In this document: piece after piece, positions 1-21,734 of the stretch | How the letters are laid out: the number at the start of each line of letters is the position of its first letter | How positions within the stretch are numbered: position 1 is the stretch's first letter | NCBI GenBank assembly: GCA_002269645.1 | Contig: NIVC01000714.1 | Span: 124,001 to 188,000 of the forward strand | DNA from: Macrostomum lignano | Lineage: Eukaryota | Reading direction: 5' to 3' | Length of the DNA: 64,000 bases | The notes under the pieces: generated by a model | Databases searched by the model: none | Seen by the model: the letters and a program-made list of their open reading frames with translations, nothing else | Told to the model about the DNA's origin: nothing | Made by a program: the position numbers and the translations under genes

Positions 1-292
1 GAAAGACAGTGGGATGTCAGGAAAGACAGTGGGATGTCAGATAAGACAGTGGGATTTTGGAAAAGACAGTGGGGTGTCAGATAAGACAGTGGGATGTCAG
101 ATAAGACAGTGGGATGTCAGCTAAGACAGTGGGATGTCAGGTATGACAGTGGGATGTCAGATAAGACAGTGGGATGTCAGATAAGACAGTGGGATGTCAG
201 ATAAGACAGTGGGATGTCAGATAAGACAGTGGGATGTCAGATAAGACAGTGGGTGTCAGATAAGAAAGTGGGATGTCGGGAAAGACAGCAGA
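1..292. repeat. 20-bp tandem repeat (GATAAGACAGTGGGATGTCA)n, intronic to PDS5
   Basis: About 14 near-identical 20-mers directly visible; lies just downstream of the exon donor at 325 on the minus strand. Confidence 0.95.
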
Positions 293-325
293 GCGTCAGA
301 GTCTCCCCATCATCATATGCTTCAC

Positions 326-679
326 CTGCTGCATGCGGGAGGCGGTCTTAAAGAGAAAGACGACCACAGTAACAATGAGTTGGTCCTCGTCGCACAAGCT
401 GACAAACGGGTTGCTGGGGCAGTAGATTTTGAACAGCTCAATTAAACAGCAGCCAACCAGCAAGCGGATATCTTTATCCGGGTGGTTTAGAAAATGGCTG
501 GCAGCCAGGTGCAAGCTCAGGCCCTGGAAGTCGTTGTTATTATTGCCTTGTTTGTCCAAACTCACTAGCATAGTGAGGGCGCCCCAAAGCTCTTTGAGAC
601 GCTTTTTCAGTTCATCCGGTTTGAGACTCTCGTGAATCTCTTTGCATCCGGGTGGATAGAGAATGGAGCAGCTAGACAT
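326..679 (-). CDS. PDS5: Sister chromatid cohesion protein PDS5, first coding exon (gene continues beyond the left edge)
   Basis: Translation MSSCSILYPPGCKEIHESLKPDELKKRLK...LSLHLAASHFLNHPDKDIRLLVGCCLIELFKIYCP matches the PDS5A/B N-terminus (YPPGVKEI...[32 protein letters not shown]). ATG at 679; CAG|GTGAAG donor at 326/325; an acceptor-like GGCAG just upstream of the ATG suggests a 5' UTR intron. Confidence 0.85.
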
Positions 680-3600
680 GGCTGTATTGGATGAGTTGAT
701 TAGGACTGCCAGATAGATACAGCAGTCATAAAAATACAATTATTAAAAAAACATATATAGATATCAATATTGCTTTGTACTTTATATTGATTTTTTAATT
801 GATAAAAAATGAATAATATGCTTGTACATTATATCTTTAGGAGCCTAAATTGCAGTGCTATCTGCATTCAAGTTCATCAGTAAAGCATTAAAAATAAAAT
901 AAAATATCAAACATCCCATACTTTCATAGCACAGTCTTTTGACCCTCAGAAGTTGCATAACGGTGGTAAGGTAGCATTTACCACTATCAAAGGCTAGATT
1001 GAAAAGGAAGGCTTCTCAAAAACCAACTGATGAGCAGGCTATCACTCTCACAGAAGATCTCATTAAGAATTGGAGATTTTATTACTCTAGAGATTAGTTA
1101 CTTTTACTTAGACAATACAAGAAAAATATTTGAGGGGACAGAAGGGAGAGATAAGAAAAGGGGAAGAAAAGAGAGGGGAAAGAGGAGAAAAGGAGGCAGA
1201 CTCAGAGAAGAAAAGAGGAGAGGGGAAAAGGGAGAGAAGAGAGATAAAAGTCAAAAAAGGCAATCAAGTTGATATGCATTGAGCACCAGATGCATTCTAC
1301 AAAATACTACTACATTCCTGCACCTATAATAGCCAGAAGGTTTCAATGCCTGATGCTGATGGCACACTAAAACCATTACAAGAAAGTTATAGGAAGTTAC
1401 ATAAATTTTACTAGCTTATGGATATGGATATAGATATAGGAAAAATGTTTATGGCAAAACTCTAGCGAATCTTCAATATAAAAAAGTGTATAGCCTATGC
1501 CTAAAAATTAGACAGTTAGGATCACTAAGTCTATTATTACTCAGTAACATATATTTTGATGTCCTAAATTATGCCTAGCTAGTGTTAATTCTGTGACACT
1601 TATAATAGGTTAGCTTCAATGTTGCTGCTAGTCCATAGTGGAAAGTGGCACAGGTGCACTGGAATTAATTTTAGGAGGGGCAATTTGTACACTTGCCACC
1701 TATGTGCTAGCTGTATACCATGTGTATAAGTTCTATGTCTTAACCCTAAATACTAACCTTATACAAAAAGCACCATACTATTAACCCTCAACGACATTTG
1801 TGTAAAACACAAAAATGATATTCAATTTTGCAGAATCCTTTTAAAATTGTAAAAAAAACTATAATTAGTCTTCAAATATACTGGTGTAACAAACCATATC
1901 AGATGCTATAACCCCAAGGTTTTTTGTAGATGCAGTGGATTCAGTTTAAATACTGTTTTATAACTAATTTTTGTTTTAAGCCTTATTTGCACTGCCTTAA
2001 AATAAGATCTGGAAAATGAGACTAGAGGGCAAGGCATTACCTTTGACACAAGAAAATATGTGTAAATATATCTATATTCCCAGTTTTCTAAAGTAAGAGA
2101 AATTGCACTTTGAGCCTTAAAGTCTTACCCTCAAATAGGGTACAATTTGTGATTTTGCACCTTGTCTCTTGTGAAAAAACCCAAAATAACCCCATATCTC
2201 ATATAGACCATACCAAACTATGCCAAACTTGAACTCAGTCATTTTTTATATGCTACCTGTGTACACCAAAGTTGGATCTTAAAATTGACATGTAGTAAAA
2301 ATGGCGAATCTGTAGTGGAATTAGAATGAATTTCAGATTTTATTAACTTGAAATAGAATGCAAAATATAGGAATAAAAATTGTAGTTTTTGGAATTAATA
2401 CTAATATATGTATCAATTTTAAATAAATCTTTAGAAAATACATGTAGCTATACCAATGTAACTATATAAAAAATATATAAAAAGAAATTTATAATATGCA
2501 TCTATATTGAAGCAAACTATACTAGAAATAGTAGCATTTATTAGGTCTACTTAAAATAGTAAATATAGGTTCTCTCATGAATAATATGGCTGATAGGTAT
2601 TAAAAATATTAATCATAATTTTCTCTCTAGCAGTTTTGACAAGTTTTTGAAAGATTTATTATTGTAAGATTTTATACATAGTTCATGGGACTTTTTCATG
2701 GTACTTAAAGTTAGTGGAATTCATAGTTTATTCTGCAATTTACCATTCTATTGATTGCAGATTTTGCATTTTACTTTATTATTCTATTCCAATTATATTA
2801 TGGATTCTACATTTTACTAGGTACCTTAAAAATTCTCTGTTAAATATATATCAAGATTATCAATAAAGACCAAAAATATACTACAAATTTAAAAAAAAGG
2901 CCACACCTTCTTGACAGGTGCTGATCACTTCAACAACTGGCATTTTGTCAAATGGTTGACAAAGTGACTATTTGGCAAAGGTAGCAATATTTGATATTGA
3001 TGAAATGATCAAGTTTAGAGGTTTTACTGATTGGTCAATTGACAAAATGCCCTAGGGAGCCCCCTGGTCAATTGAAACAAACAAATTTTGAATTACAGTT
3101 ACTCAATGCCAAATGTATATAGATCATTAGGCATTTGCTCCAAAGTCTTTATTTATAATTAAAATGTTAATCTTTTATTAATTAGTTATTTAATAGTTTA
3201 TCTTTGTTAATTGTTCTTTTTGTAATAGCCTTTCCATTGTTATAATTCAATGAGTTTTGTATTAACAAAATTTAAATATATGTATATACATATATTTAGA
3301 AACAGTATCTCAATGCAGTATGATACAATTTGAAATTAATTAACCTGTTTTACCTACTCAATTTATCTAAGAGTTTAATAAAACAATTCTTGGCATAGAT
3401 ATAGCCATAAACATATATGCACAATATTGTTTTACATAATATATATACAATGCACAGTTCAGGAAGTGACCATCATTTTAAAGTGCAAAATTGGCAATTG
3501 ACAAAGTGACTACATTTAGAGGTCCACTAATTAGCTAGTTAATAAAGTGAACTAAGAAAAATGGCTCTTCAACTGACAAAATGAAAGTTGATAATTAGAC

Positions 3601-3931
3601 TAGGATCCTGCTTGACTATGGCCCTAGTTAAAAACACTTAAAAATATGCTAAATTGTTTACTATATAAAGAAAAAACACTAGTTATTAGCAAAAATATTT
3701 TGTGATGCTAATATGCATTTAGCTAGGCCAAAGACTAATTTTTTAGGTAGGCATTTGTTATTTGCATGGTACCACATAAATATTGCTAATTTTATTTATA
3801 TGGTAACTGAAAAAAAATACCTTAAAAATAATTATCCTATAAAGCAGGGACCTATAGTTCAGAAGGTGACGTATACACCTGGATTTCCCAGGATATAACA
3901 AGTGTCCTACTATTTTTCAATATATAGTAGG

Positions 3932-4616
3932 TAGAGCTGTCAAAATTAGAGATTTTATTCGAGACGAGATTCGAGACGAGAAAGGCTTATAAGTCGAGAA
4001 TTTCGAGACGAGACAAGACAAAGTAAATCTAAAAAATATATTTCAGAATTGCATCTTGTCTTGCTTTTATCTTGCCTTATCTTGTCTTAAATTTCTTGAT
4101 AAAATACAATTCTAAAAAAATATTTTTTAGATTTTCTAGAATACTTTCTTAATTCTAGTTTTAATTCTTTGCTATTTATTCATAAGAATTTATGCTTGTA
4201 GCATATAGGCCCTTGGCCCTACTATGTCTATTACTAATTTGTCAAAATACCTGTGCAGATTATCTTCAAGTCTGCTATGATACACCTTGCTGCAGAACTG
4301 AAATGATAACTAAAAGAGCACATATGCAATGCAAACTCGTATATAACAACGTTCGTTAAATAACTGCTTAACATTGGCTAGATTTTACCATTTGAAAATT
4401 GCCCTATCAAGCATGTTACAACAAACAGTTGTATTTATATGAAAATTTGCTCCCCTTTTTATATTTTATCACTTAAAAGCTTTTGAAAAAAGGTATCGGA
4501 AAAATTCTTGAATCTCGTCTCGAATTTCTTGACAAAATTCGAGATTTCTCGAGACGAGAAAAAATGTCGAGATCTTGTCTCAAATCTTGTCTCGTCGAGA
4601 TCTCGTGACAGCTCTA
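3932..4616. mobile_element. Non-autonomous hAT-type DNA transposon (MITE)
   Basis: TIRs TAGAGCTGTCA (3932) / TGACAGCTCTA (ends 4616), subterminal CGAGACGAGA repeats in inverted orientation, perfect 8-bp TSD ATAGTAGG (3924-3931, 4617-4624). Confidence 0.9.
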
Positions 4617-5499
4617 ATAGTAGGGTATATCCTAGCATATATAACATAGTAGATACATTGTGTCAAATGACAATTTTTTATATTAGTGCATAAACCTAGC
4701 ATACAGACAAGGCATTAAACCCAGCGTACACTAATACATAATCCAGACTATGGGCAAGGACTACTCACTATTTGTCCCAATATCTTGTATTTTGATAATG
4801 AGTTTTAATTAAAGTCAATAAATGGAGTTTAAGCATGATTTATATATTTATAACTTAGCATTTTTTATTAGCTTATAGCTCTTGTATTATTAATAATGTA
4901 AAGTACAAAAGGGTGTTTCAAAAGAAAAGAATGATAGGCTTAATGTAACTTATTTGCTTTCAAAAAGATAGATTTGTAGTAAAATATAATTTGACCATAA
5001 TTATAAATACTACATAGTATATAAAACTAGTCTATATAATAGTCTTTATTTTAGTTACTATGTAAATACGAGCGTAACAATAGTACTATTTATATATACT
5101 ATGCAAATAACAAATATAACAAATATAACAAATATTTTTTGGGCTTTATTGCAAAAGTTTTGGCTAGCTAACAAATACATATTATTATTAATATAAAAAT
5201 ATTTAATAAAACAAACTCAAGGTCAAGCCTATATAAAATTGTTTGTAAAGAAACCTAATCATAGCTCGTATATAGTGCCTAATATTAATAGGCAAAATTT
5301 ATTGTAATATTGAATTTTTCAAGATAGTCTTAACTTTATATTGCTTGACCAATTTTTAAAAACAGGGACAGGGGTCTTCAGTCTTCTTGCTTAGACAAAT
5401 ATGATTTACTATTGTCTATATAAAATATAAAAAATACTAAAAAATAACTTTCAAAATCTTACAAGTCTTTAACTTTTACCTTAATTATAGGGGCTTAAT

Positions 5500-5985
5500 G
5501 ACAAATGTTAAAAGTCAGCATAATCCTAATTTCCACATTAATTATTTTGAGTTAAAAATTGACTTGATAAATTAAAACAAACTGTTAGTCTATAATCAAT
5601 AGCATTCAATAGTCCACTGAGCTCACTAAATAGCATAATAATGAGCAACCTAAAACTAGTTGGAAACTAAGAACTTTGCATATAAATGCCAATGAAAGGA
5701 CTTGGGCAAAGTTCAAGTATGTCAAGGCAAAGTTCAAGAACCAGCAATGACCTATTCAATTTGCACCTGAATGAGTATCTCTGGTGCCAACATTTACCTG
5801 GAGAAGTCCTTTGACCTTTAGCAACTTCTTGTTCTGGGTTGCCCATTATTATGCCATTTAGTGAGCTTAGTGGACCATTGACTGCTATGGACTAACTTGT
5901 TTTAACTAGTTATAGAGTCAATTTTTAACTTAAAATTATTTAATGTAAGAAACTAAACTAGGATTATGCCTTAAAGTCATGTTTT
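5500..5985. mobile_element. Degenerate inverted-repeat (foldback/MITE-like) element
   Basis: About 5510-5660 (..GAGCTCACTAAATAGCATAATAATGAGCAACC..) is an imperfect reverse complement of about 5835-5985 (..GGTTGCCCATTATTATGCCATTTAGTGAGCTT..); no TSD found. Confidence 0.5.
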
Positions 5986-6829
5986 AATTGCAGTTTTAAT
6001 TTAAAACAAACTAGGCCTTAGTCTAAAGTCTTTACATTTTACTATTTAGCCAGTACCCTGCTAACTAAAGTTTGCATCCTTATTTTAGACAAATTTGACA
6101 AATGGATAGTTTTTAACAGATTTTTTGAGAGTCAAATGTGAAATGTTTAACACTATTTTATTTGCTTGACAAAATGACATATTCGAAAAATATTTAATAA
6201 GTGCCTAGACAACATCAACTTCTCTTCTGTATGCCTAGACATACCCAACAAACATCACTAGCCATTGCCAGCAAAAGATCCACAATTGAATTTAGCTAAA
6301 AATTTTATGTGAAGAAACCAGCCAAAAATCATTATGTACCAAACCACACGAGCTTGAGTATATTTCTCAATACCCGTAATAGTTAAGTGCATGGTCAAGG
6401 ATAATGTATTTACTCTGGCCTGACTAAAGTAGTAAAGGACCTAAAGGTTGGGATTCATTATCATTACTGAATGAATGCATAGTAATTTTTTTAAATTAAT
6501 CGATTTTTGCATTTTAAAATGTATTTCGAATAAAAACGTGATAAAACACATTTATGTACGGTGTCGAGCAGAGAACTTTAACTTCTCTGTGTAATAACCA
6601 TAAAAACCATAAAATATATTTTTTAATTGTGCTTTTTTTCAACATTCAATTGCTGGTGCTTTCTATTTTTGGTTAATTATAACTGCTGTACATAGTTATG
6701 TACATTATTTGTACAGCAGCATAAGTACAGGATTATTACAGCTCAAGTTTAATTACTAGAAATTGAGTGAGCCATGAGCGATCGAGTGAGCAATGAATTT
6801 ATCATAATGTATTAATATTAAACATCATT

Positions 6830-7275
6830 CAGGGGCGTCGCCATGGATTTTATGATGGGGGGGGGCGGGGAACAAAGCATTGTTAGAATTTAAACATTTA
6901 CCTATACATGATTAAATTCCTACATTTCCGTTATTTTGAGAATAGTGTTGTCAGCGCTCAACCTTGGCGCCGCAGGTACTATACTGGCGCCGCAGGCACT
7001 CATTTTAGCCCCAAAGGCATATTATTCCTTTTGGCGCCGAAGGCATTCCTTTTGGTGCCGCAGGCATTCCTATTGGCACCGCAGGCACTCCTTTTAGCGC
7101 CGCAGGCACTCATTTTGGCGCCGAAGGCGCTATATTTTGGCGTCCTAAAGAATAATTATTGATTTACCACAACTTAACGGGTCACAAGTGGGGTGGGGGG
7201 GACAATTGCATTGGCATGTCCCCCAAAGCTTTTACTAAGTCCCCCCTGCCCCCCCCCCTGGTGGTGACGCGCCTG
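6830..7275. mobile_element. hAT-like MITE with internal 21-bp tandem repeats (copy 1)
   Basis: Termini CAGGGGCGTCGCCA / TGGTGACGCGCCTG; flanks ACATCATT / AAATCTTT (6/8 match, decayed 8-bp TSD); internal (GCGCCGCAGGCACTCATTTTA)n; same family at 42195-42702 in the opposite orientation. Confidence 0.7.
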
Positions 7276-8326
7276 AAATCTTTACAATTTGCATACATGT
7301 ACATGTATATGCGCTTCGAGATTTAATCAAGAAATGTACGTCGATCTCGTCCCCCTTGTTGAAAGTTCTATGAATAACAGCCTCGATCAGATCGAGGCCG
7401 GGCTGCTGATCATACATGCCATATGATCATGAGTCTGTCATATACATGTACATGTAGGTCATGCCCTTGCAGTCATTGCTGCATGTGGCAGGGTCAGCAG
7501 TTCAGCTTAGTGCGAGCCTATACTGAAAAATGTCAGAACGCAGTATACATGTAGCATGTAAATGAAGAAGAGAAATGTCCCTATCATTAAATCTGAACAA
7601 AAGAATGCTCAAAACGCCATCATTAGCCGATATAAATTTTTCTCTTTGAACAGAGAGAAGAATGATCAAAATGATGCACGGAGGCCGGCCTAAATGCGCG
7701 GTATTATTCAAGTCCACTGGCCGTGTGACCGTGACTGCAGATCAATTAGGGGATACACACACGCATAATCCCTTTCTATATTGCACTAATTTCATGGCAT
7801 TCTCTAGTATCTAAAAACAGCCTATAAGAGCTCTGAACGAATTATTTTTCTTTTCAAGTTCCGGCCCGCCGGTCTGCCTGCATGTCCTGCAATTCCGTCC
7901 CTAATCAGTTCCTCATCTTCCCCTTTAATTCCTTCGATCCTTGCGTATTATTTTGCAGGTTCGAGTTTGTTAGGCATTGAGTTAGGGATGGAGGGGTGAG
8001 GGATTTGCATTCTAGTGCTTAAGTGAAAACTTTGTTCGTATGCACACCGCTTAATTTGAGTTCACTCATGTTAGAATCCAACTTTGTCGTTTGCATTGAT
8101 TGCGACTGACTGATCGAGAGTTTTGTCCTATTTTTGGAGAAGATTTAATGAGGCGCAGTGATGCCAAAGTATCCATTCTATACACTGGGATGAGCAAGAA
8201 TCTGTGCGTTAGCTGGCTCCATCAGTTCAATTCTCTGCTCATTGCTTCTGCGTTTAAGCAGAAGAGAAAGCAAACAGTTTTTTGAGCGTTTTTTGTAACG
8301 ATCAGTTTCTTGTAAATTCTCAGTAA

Positions 8327-9380
8327 TTGATTCTCAATCAGCGATTCTCAATCGCGATTCTCAATCAGCGATTCTCAATCAGCGATTCTCAATCGCGATT
8401 CTCAATCAGCGATTCTCAATCAGCGATTCTCAATCAGCGATTCTCAATCAGCGATTCTCAATCAACGGTTCTCAATCAGCGATTCTCAATCAGCGATTCT
8501 CAATCAGCGATTCTCAATCAGCGATTCTCAATCAGCGATTCTCAATCAGCGATTCTCAATCAGCGATTCTCAATCAGCGATTCTCAATCAGCGATTCTCA
8601 ATCAGCGATTCTCAATCAGCGATTCTCAATCAGCAATTCTCAATCAGCGATTCTCAACCAGCGATTCTCAATCAGCGATTCTCAATCAGCGATTCTCAAT
8701 CAGCGATTCTCAATCAGCGATTCTCAATCGCGATTCTCAATCAGCGATTCTCAATCAGCAATTCTCAATCAGCGATTCTCAATCAGCGATTCTCAATCAG
8801 CGATTCTCAATCAGCGATTCTCAATCAGCAATTCTCAATCAGCGATTCTCAATCAGCGATTCTCAATCAGCGATTCTCAATCAGCGATTCTCAATCAGCG
8901 ATTCTCAATCAGCGATTCTCAATCAGCAATTGTCAGTAAGCGATTCTCAAACAGCGATTGTCAGTAAGCGACTCTCAATCAGCGATTCTCAATCAGCGAT
9001 TCTCAATCAGCGATTCTCAATCAGCGATTCTCAATCAGCGATTCTCAATCAGCGATTCTCAATCAGCGATTCTCAATCAGCGATTCTCAATCAGCGATTC
9101 TCAATCAGCGATTCTCAATCAGCGATTCTCAATCAGCGATTGTCAGTAAGCGATTCTCAAACAGCGATTGTCAGTAAGCGATTCTCAAACAGCGATTGTC
9201 AGTAAGCGATTCTCAATCAACGATTCTCAATCAGCGATTCTCAATCAGCAATTCTCAATCAGCGATTCTCAATCAGCGATTCTCAATCAGCGATTCTCAA
9301 TGAGCGATTTTCAATCAGCGATTCTCAATCAGCGATTCTCAATCAGCGATTCTCAATCAGCGATTCTCAATCAGCGATTC
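8327..9380. repeat. 14-bp minisatellite (CAGCGATTCTCAAT)n
   Basis: Directly visible; the 292-aa SDSQSAILNQRFSI ORF is a by-product of the repeat. Confidence 0.97.
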
Positions 9381-10038
9381 ACAAGCTCCGACTATGAATC
9401 AGTTCGTTGTGGCCTCGCTTCCACGCATTTCATCGGGGCCAGTTTCATCAAAACTTTCATCACAAAATATTTCATCGACCAACAGGCAGAATTATCTAAG
9501 ATTTCGAGATGAGCCTTCGATATGCCCTGACAGGGCTTGCGTTCCCGGGGCTGAATTTTCGTTCAGCATTAATTAGAGAATGTCTTCCGAACTGAGCATG
9601 TCGTCTGTTTCAATTAAGACAAATCTATGGAGATTTTCGGGGGTATTGGACGTGAGCAGTAATCCGCCTGAGCTGAGGCAGGACGCTAATCGCTGATGAG
9701 GCTCTGGCGGTGATGTTGAAAGCGAAATGAAAATCATTTTTCGCTACTCGGGCGGAGGGATTCCGGAGCTGCTTCATTTGAGATGAGGCTGATTGGGCTG
9801 CTGCTCGGGGAAGGGGAATGAAAGGGAGTGGAAAAAATGGCTTTTGCAAGGCCTTTATGAGCAGCTTTGCGGATTCAGCGGGGAGGCATCCGATGCCTCC
9901 ATTCCGCTAACCCCTGGCAACCACGGGCAGCTGGTGCTGCGGTGTGGCGCATGGAGATCCGGTGGTGCCGGTGTCCACAGCGCGGTCCCACTTCCGGAGA
10001 GTCCAGGGGTGGATGGTCGCTCGCCTGGTAGCCCTTAG

Positions 10039-10555
10039 TTAGCGGACGAGCTGGCAGAGGTTCTCGGGCCTGAAAACGTCGGAGAGGTCCGGGTTTGGGC
10101 CGAGGTAGGTGAGCCTGTCCTGAGTTAAGGCGGGGCACTCACAGATGAAGTGCTCCGCATTATCGACACCGGAGAGGCAGAAGGGGCATTCCTCACTGCG
10201 GATTTTTCCCTGGAGGTGACGATGCCTGGAATAACAACTGGGACCTTAAAGAGTCATGGACCCATGGTTACCGCTGATGTCCCTGCGGTTGAGTCCAAGC
10301 AGGGCCCTGCGGAGGGTGGGGGAAGGGCAGGGGACAGCGGCGCGGGATTGCCGGCAGTCGAGGGCGTTAACCCACCTCTCCCTGTGCTTTGAACCCACCC
10401 ACTGGCTGGGGTGGGGGCCACGGGCAGGGGACCAGTAAAAGAACCGGTCAAGCCAGCCTTGGCCAGGCGATCGGCCAACTCGTTGCCCGAGTGGCCCGAG
10501 TGCCCGGGGATCCACCTTAGTGACACCTTGTTAGAGGCGTCTAAGCGGTTGAGCT
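10039..10555 (-). mobile_element. 3' fragment of a non-LTR retrotransposon with RNase H and C-terminal zinc-finger-like motif (I/Loa/R1 group)
   Basis: [27 protein letters not shown] (RNase H C-terminus), then frameshifted CRQSR..P.P....LLGLNRRDI and ECPFCLSGVDNAEHFICECPAL...LG motif; stop at 10039. Confidence 0.8.
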
Positions 10556-10557
10556 TA

Positions 10558-10690
10558 GGTTGGTGAGGTTGGGGAGATTGTTAAGATTGGGGAGATTGTT
10601 AAGATTGGGGAGATTGGGAGATTGGGGAGATTGGGGAGATTGGGGAGATTGGGGAGATTGGGGAGATTGGGGGGGGATTGGGGAGATAGG
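10558..10690. repeat. 9-bp G-rich tandem repeat (GGGGAGATT)n
   Basis: Directly visible; truncates the LINE fragment at its 5' side. Confidence 0.9.
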
Positions 10691-11159
10691 GGATGTTAAG
10701 GAGCTGGGTAGGTATGAAGAAGTAGAGTGGGAGATCAAACAGGAATATGAAGGCAATGGCGGTGAGAACGAGATGCAAAGGAAGATGGTCTCAAGGCACA
10801 CAGAAAGGAGAGGCAATTAGGCAGCAGGATTACAGGGTAGACTCAGGACTAAGCGAGTAAGACGACAGCCAGCCCGCGGTTGAGCGCTAATGATAACCCA
10901 GAGCTGCCGCGCAGGCCAACAGGTAAAGCAGCTCATCCACAGGCAGTGGAATGGATTGCAAAACCTTATTAAACAGAAAGCATTCACGCTAAACGAAGGA
11001 AAGGAAAGACAGCCAAAAAACCTGTGCATCGGTCCCTATTTTTAGCAGCAGGTATCTAGAGATCTCTGTGCCTTTGTCTACTGATTAGTAAACTTCCATT
11101 TTTCATTTGTGGGAAAATTAGGCATCACAATCACGGAAGCTTTAGCTATCAGTGCTAGC

Positions 11160-11708
11160 CTGTTAGACACAATCTCTTAGACACGATCTGTTAGACAGGA
11201 TCTATCTGTTAGACACGATCTGTTAGACACGATCTGTTAGACACGATCTGTTAGACACAATCTGTTAGACACAATCTGTTTGACACGATCTGTTAGACAC
11301 GATCTGTTAGACACGATCTGTTAGACACAATCTGTTTGACACGATCTGTTAGACACTATCTGTTAGACAGGATCTATCTGTTAGACACGATCTGTTAGAG
11401 ACGATCTGTTAGACACGATCTGTTAGACACGATCTGTTAGACACAATCTGTTTGACACGATCTGTTAGACACGATCTGTTAGACACGATCTGTTACACAC
11501 AATCTGCTAGACACGATCTGTTAGACACGATCTGTTAGACACGATCTGTTAGACACGATCTGTTAGACACGATCTGTTAGACACGATCTGTTAGACACGA
11601 TCTGTTAGACACGATCTGTTAGACACGATCTGTTAGACACGATCTGTTAGACACGATCTGTTAGACACGATCTGTTAGACACGATCTGTTAGACACGATC
11701 TGTTAGAT
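11160..11708. repeat. 14-bp minisatellite (TGTTAGACACGATC)n
   Basis: Directly visible, highly homogeneous towards the right end. Confidence 0.95.
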
Positions 11709-13029
11709 ACACAGCTCAAAGCAGACCCAAGCAGGTATCTATACAGAAGCAGTACATAAGAAGCTCCCAGTTAAAACAAAACTAAGCAGCGTAGACAGTT
11801 CGTACCTTCGGCGTCGACTTACCTGCAGAAGGCTTAAGGAATTCCTTCTGGAGGCCGAGGTACAGGACTCGAAGCTCGGGAGTTCGGGAAGGGAAGGGTT
11901 CGTAGTGGGGGGGGGACTCGGAGCAAATTGGAAAGGAAGGCGAGAGGAGTCTTTGCAAAAGGAGGAAATTAGGCAGAAGCCTCGAGCCGGCTCGCCCCGT
12001 CCCCCTCTGCTCAAAAAGACGTCGAGAGCTTGCCGCAGGGGAGGAGAGAGCAGCCCTGCCTAGCAACTGAAGAAAAATATACATTTTAAAGAAAGAAATC
12101 CCAAGCAGACTCGTTTTCAGTTTTTGTCCCGCAGCCTTTTCATCCCATATGTAGCCGTAATACTTGGATACATCCTTTCAATCAGGCTGTCCCTGCCTCT
12201 CTAACCTACCGTGCATCCTCGAACCCAGACCTGTAACAATAACAAACTAGGCCTTGAAGATGGGCAAGTTTTGCTGAGATAAAAATTCAGGTGAGTTCAA
12301 TTTCGCACATCTACTAAGATTTTGTGCATACAACTGGGGGCCATAGCAACCGGGGTCAAATCTTTGCTGCAATCATTATCTCAACCCATTTGACTTCCGA
12401 ATCCCAAATGAAGCGAGCACGTGTTTTTTTCCGAGGTGCACTCAAGCTAAAGTCTTTATGAAATGCTTGATGAAGAGCTGCTCCTGTCTCCTAAGTGTGT
12501 CTTTCTCGACCGCGGATTCAGCTAAATGACGATATTCCCTTGCTTCATCCGGAATTCAAAAGTACAAACAGTCAGATACTAAAGTAGACATTAGGCTTTA
12601 GAGTAAGATTGGTGAGATGTCGGAGATTTAGCGCTCTGAAGAAAAACCGAAAAACCTGCATCCTTCTGCTCCAGCTGACCCAGTTGTCTCAGTACCGGTC
12701 GTGAGAAATCCGTGATATTTTATAATTACAGCCTGAGAACAAGGTTACTCATGATTAATAAAAGCTCCGCTTCTCAAGGTCTCGAGTTCCATTCGAGTGG
12801 GAATGCTCCAGTGGATTAGGAAAAGTTTAGTCAAGCGTAGAAGTGTGACTTCGGGATTAGGTAGAAAATCTCGAACACCAGCTGCGGTTGATGCGGAGGA
12901 GGCCATGGGGGCGCCAAAATCTTTGATTTTATAACATCACAAACGCTCTAAACTCATGAAATTCAATTTTCTGCAGGCATTCCAAAATAAAAAAATCAAA
13001 ACTCGAAACAGCAATCGAATTACGTTGCT

Positions 13030-21654
<8,625 letters not shown>

Positions 21655-21734
21655 TGAATTCCCGAGCTGGACCATCTGAGCTCCCATAATTTTGATCATT
21701 CGAAAAATACCAAGAAGCGTATCCACTTCTTTTC

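Noticed and set aside
8327-9205. Long repetitive ORFs (292 aa here; also 19452-20996, 21529-23061, 18337-19209, 38331-39149, 47241-48095 5' part, 52534-53400)
   Set aside because: They are translations of stop-free tandem or low-complexity repeats, mostly intronic; no coding evidence.
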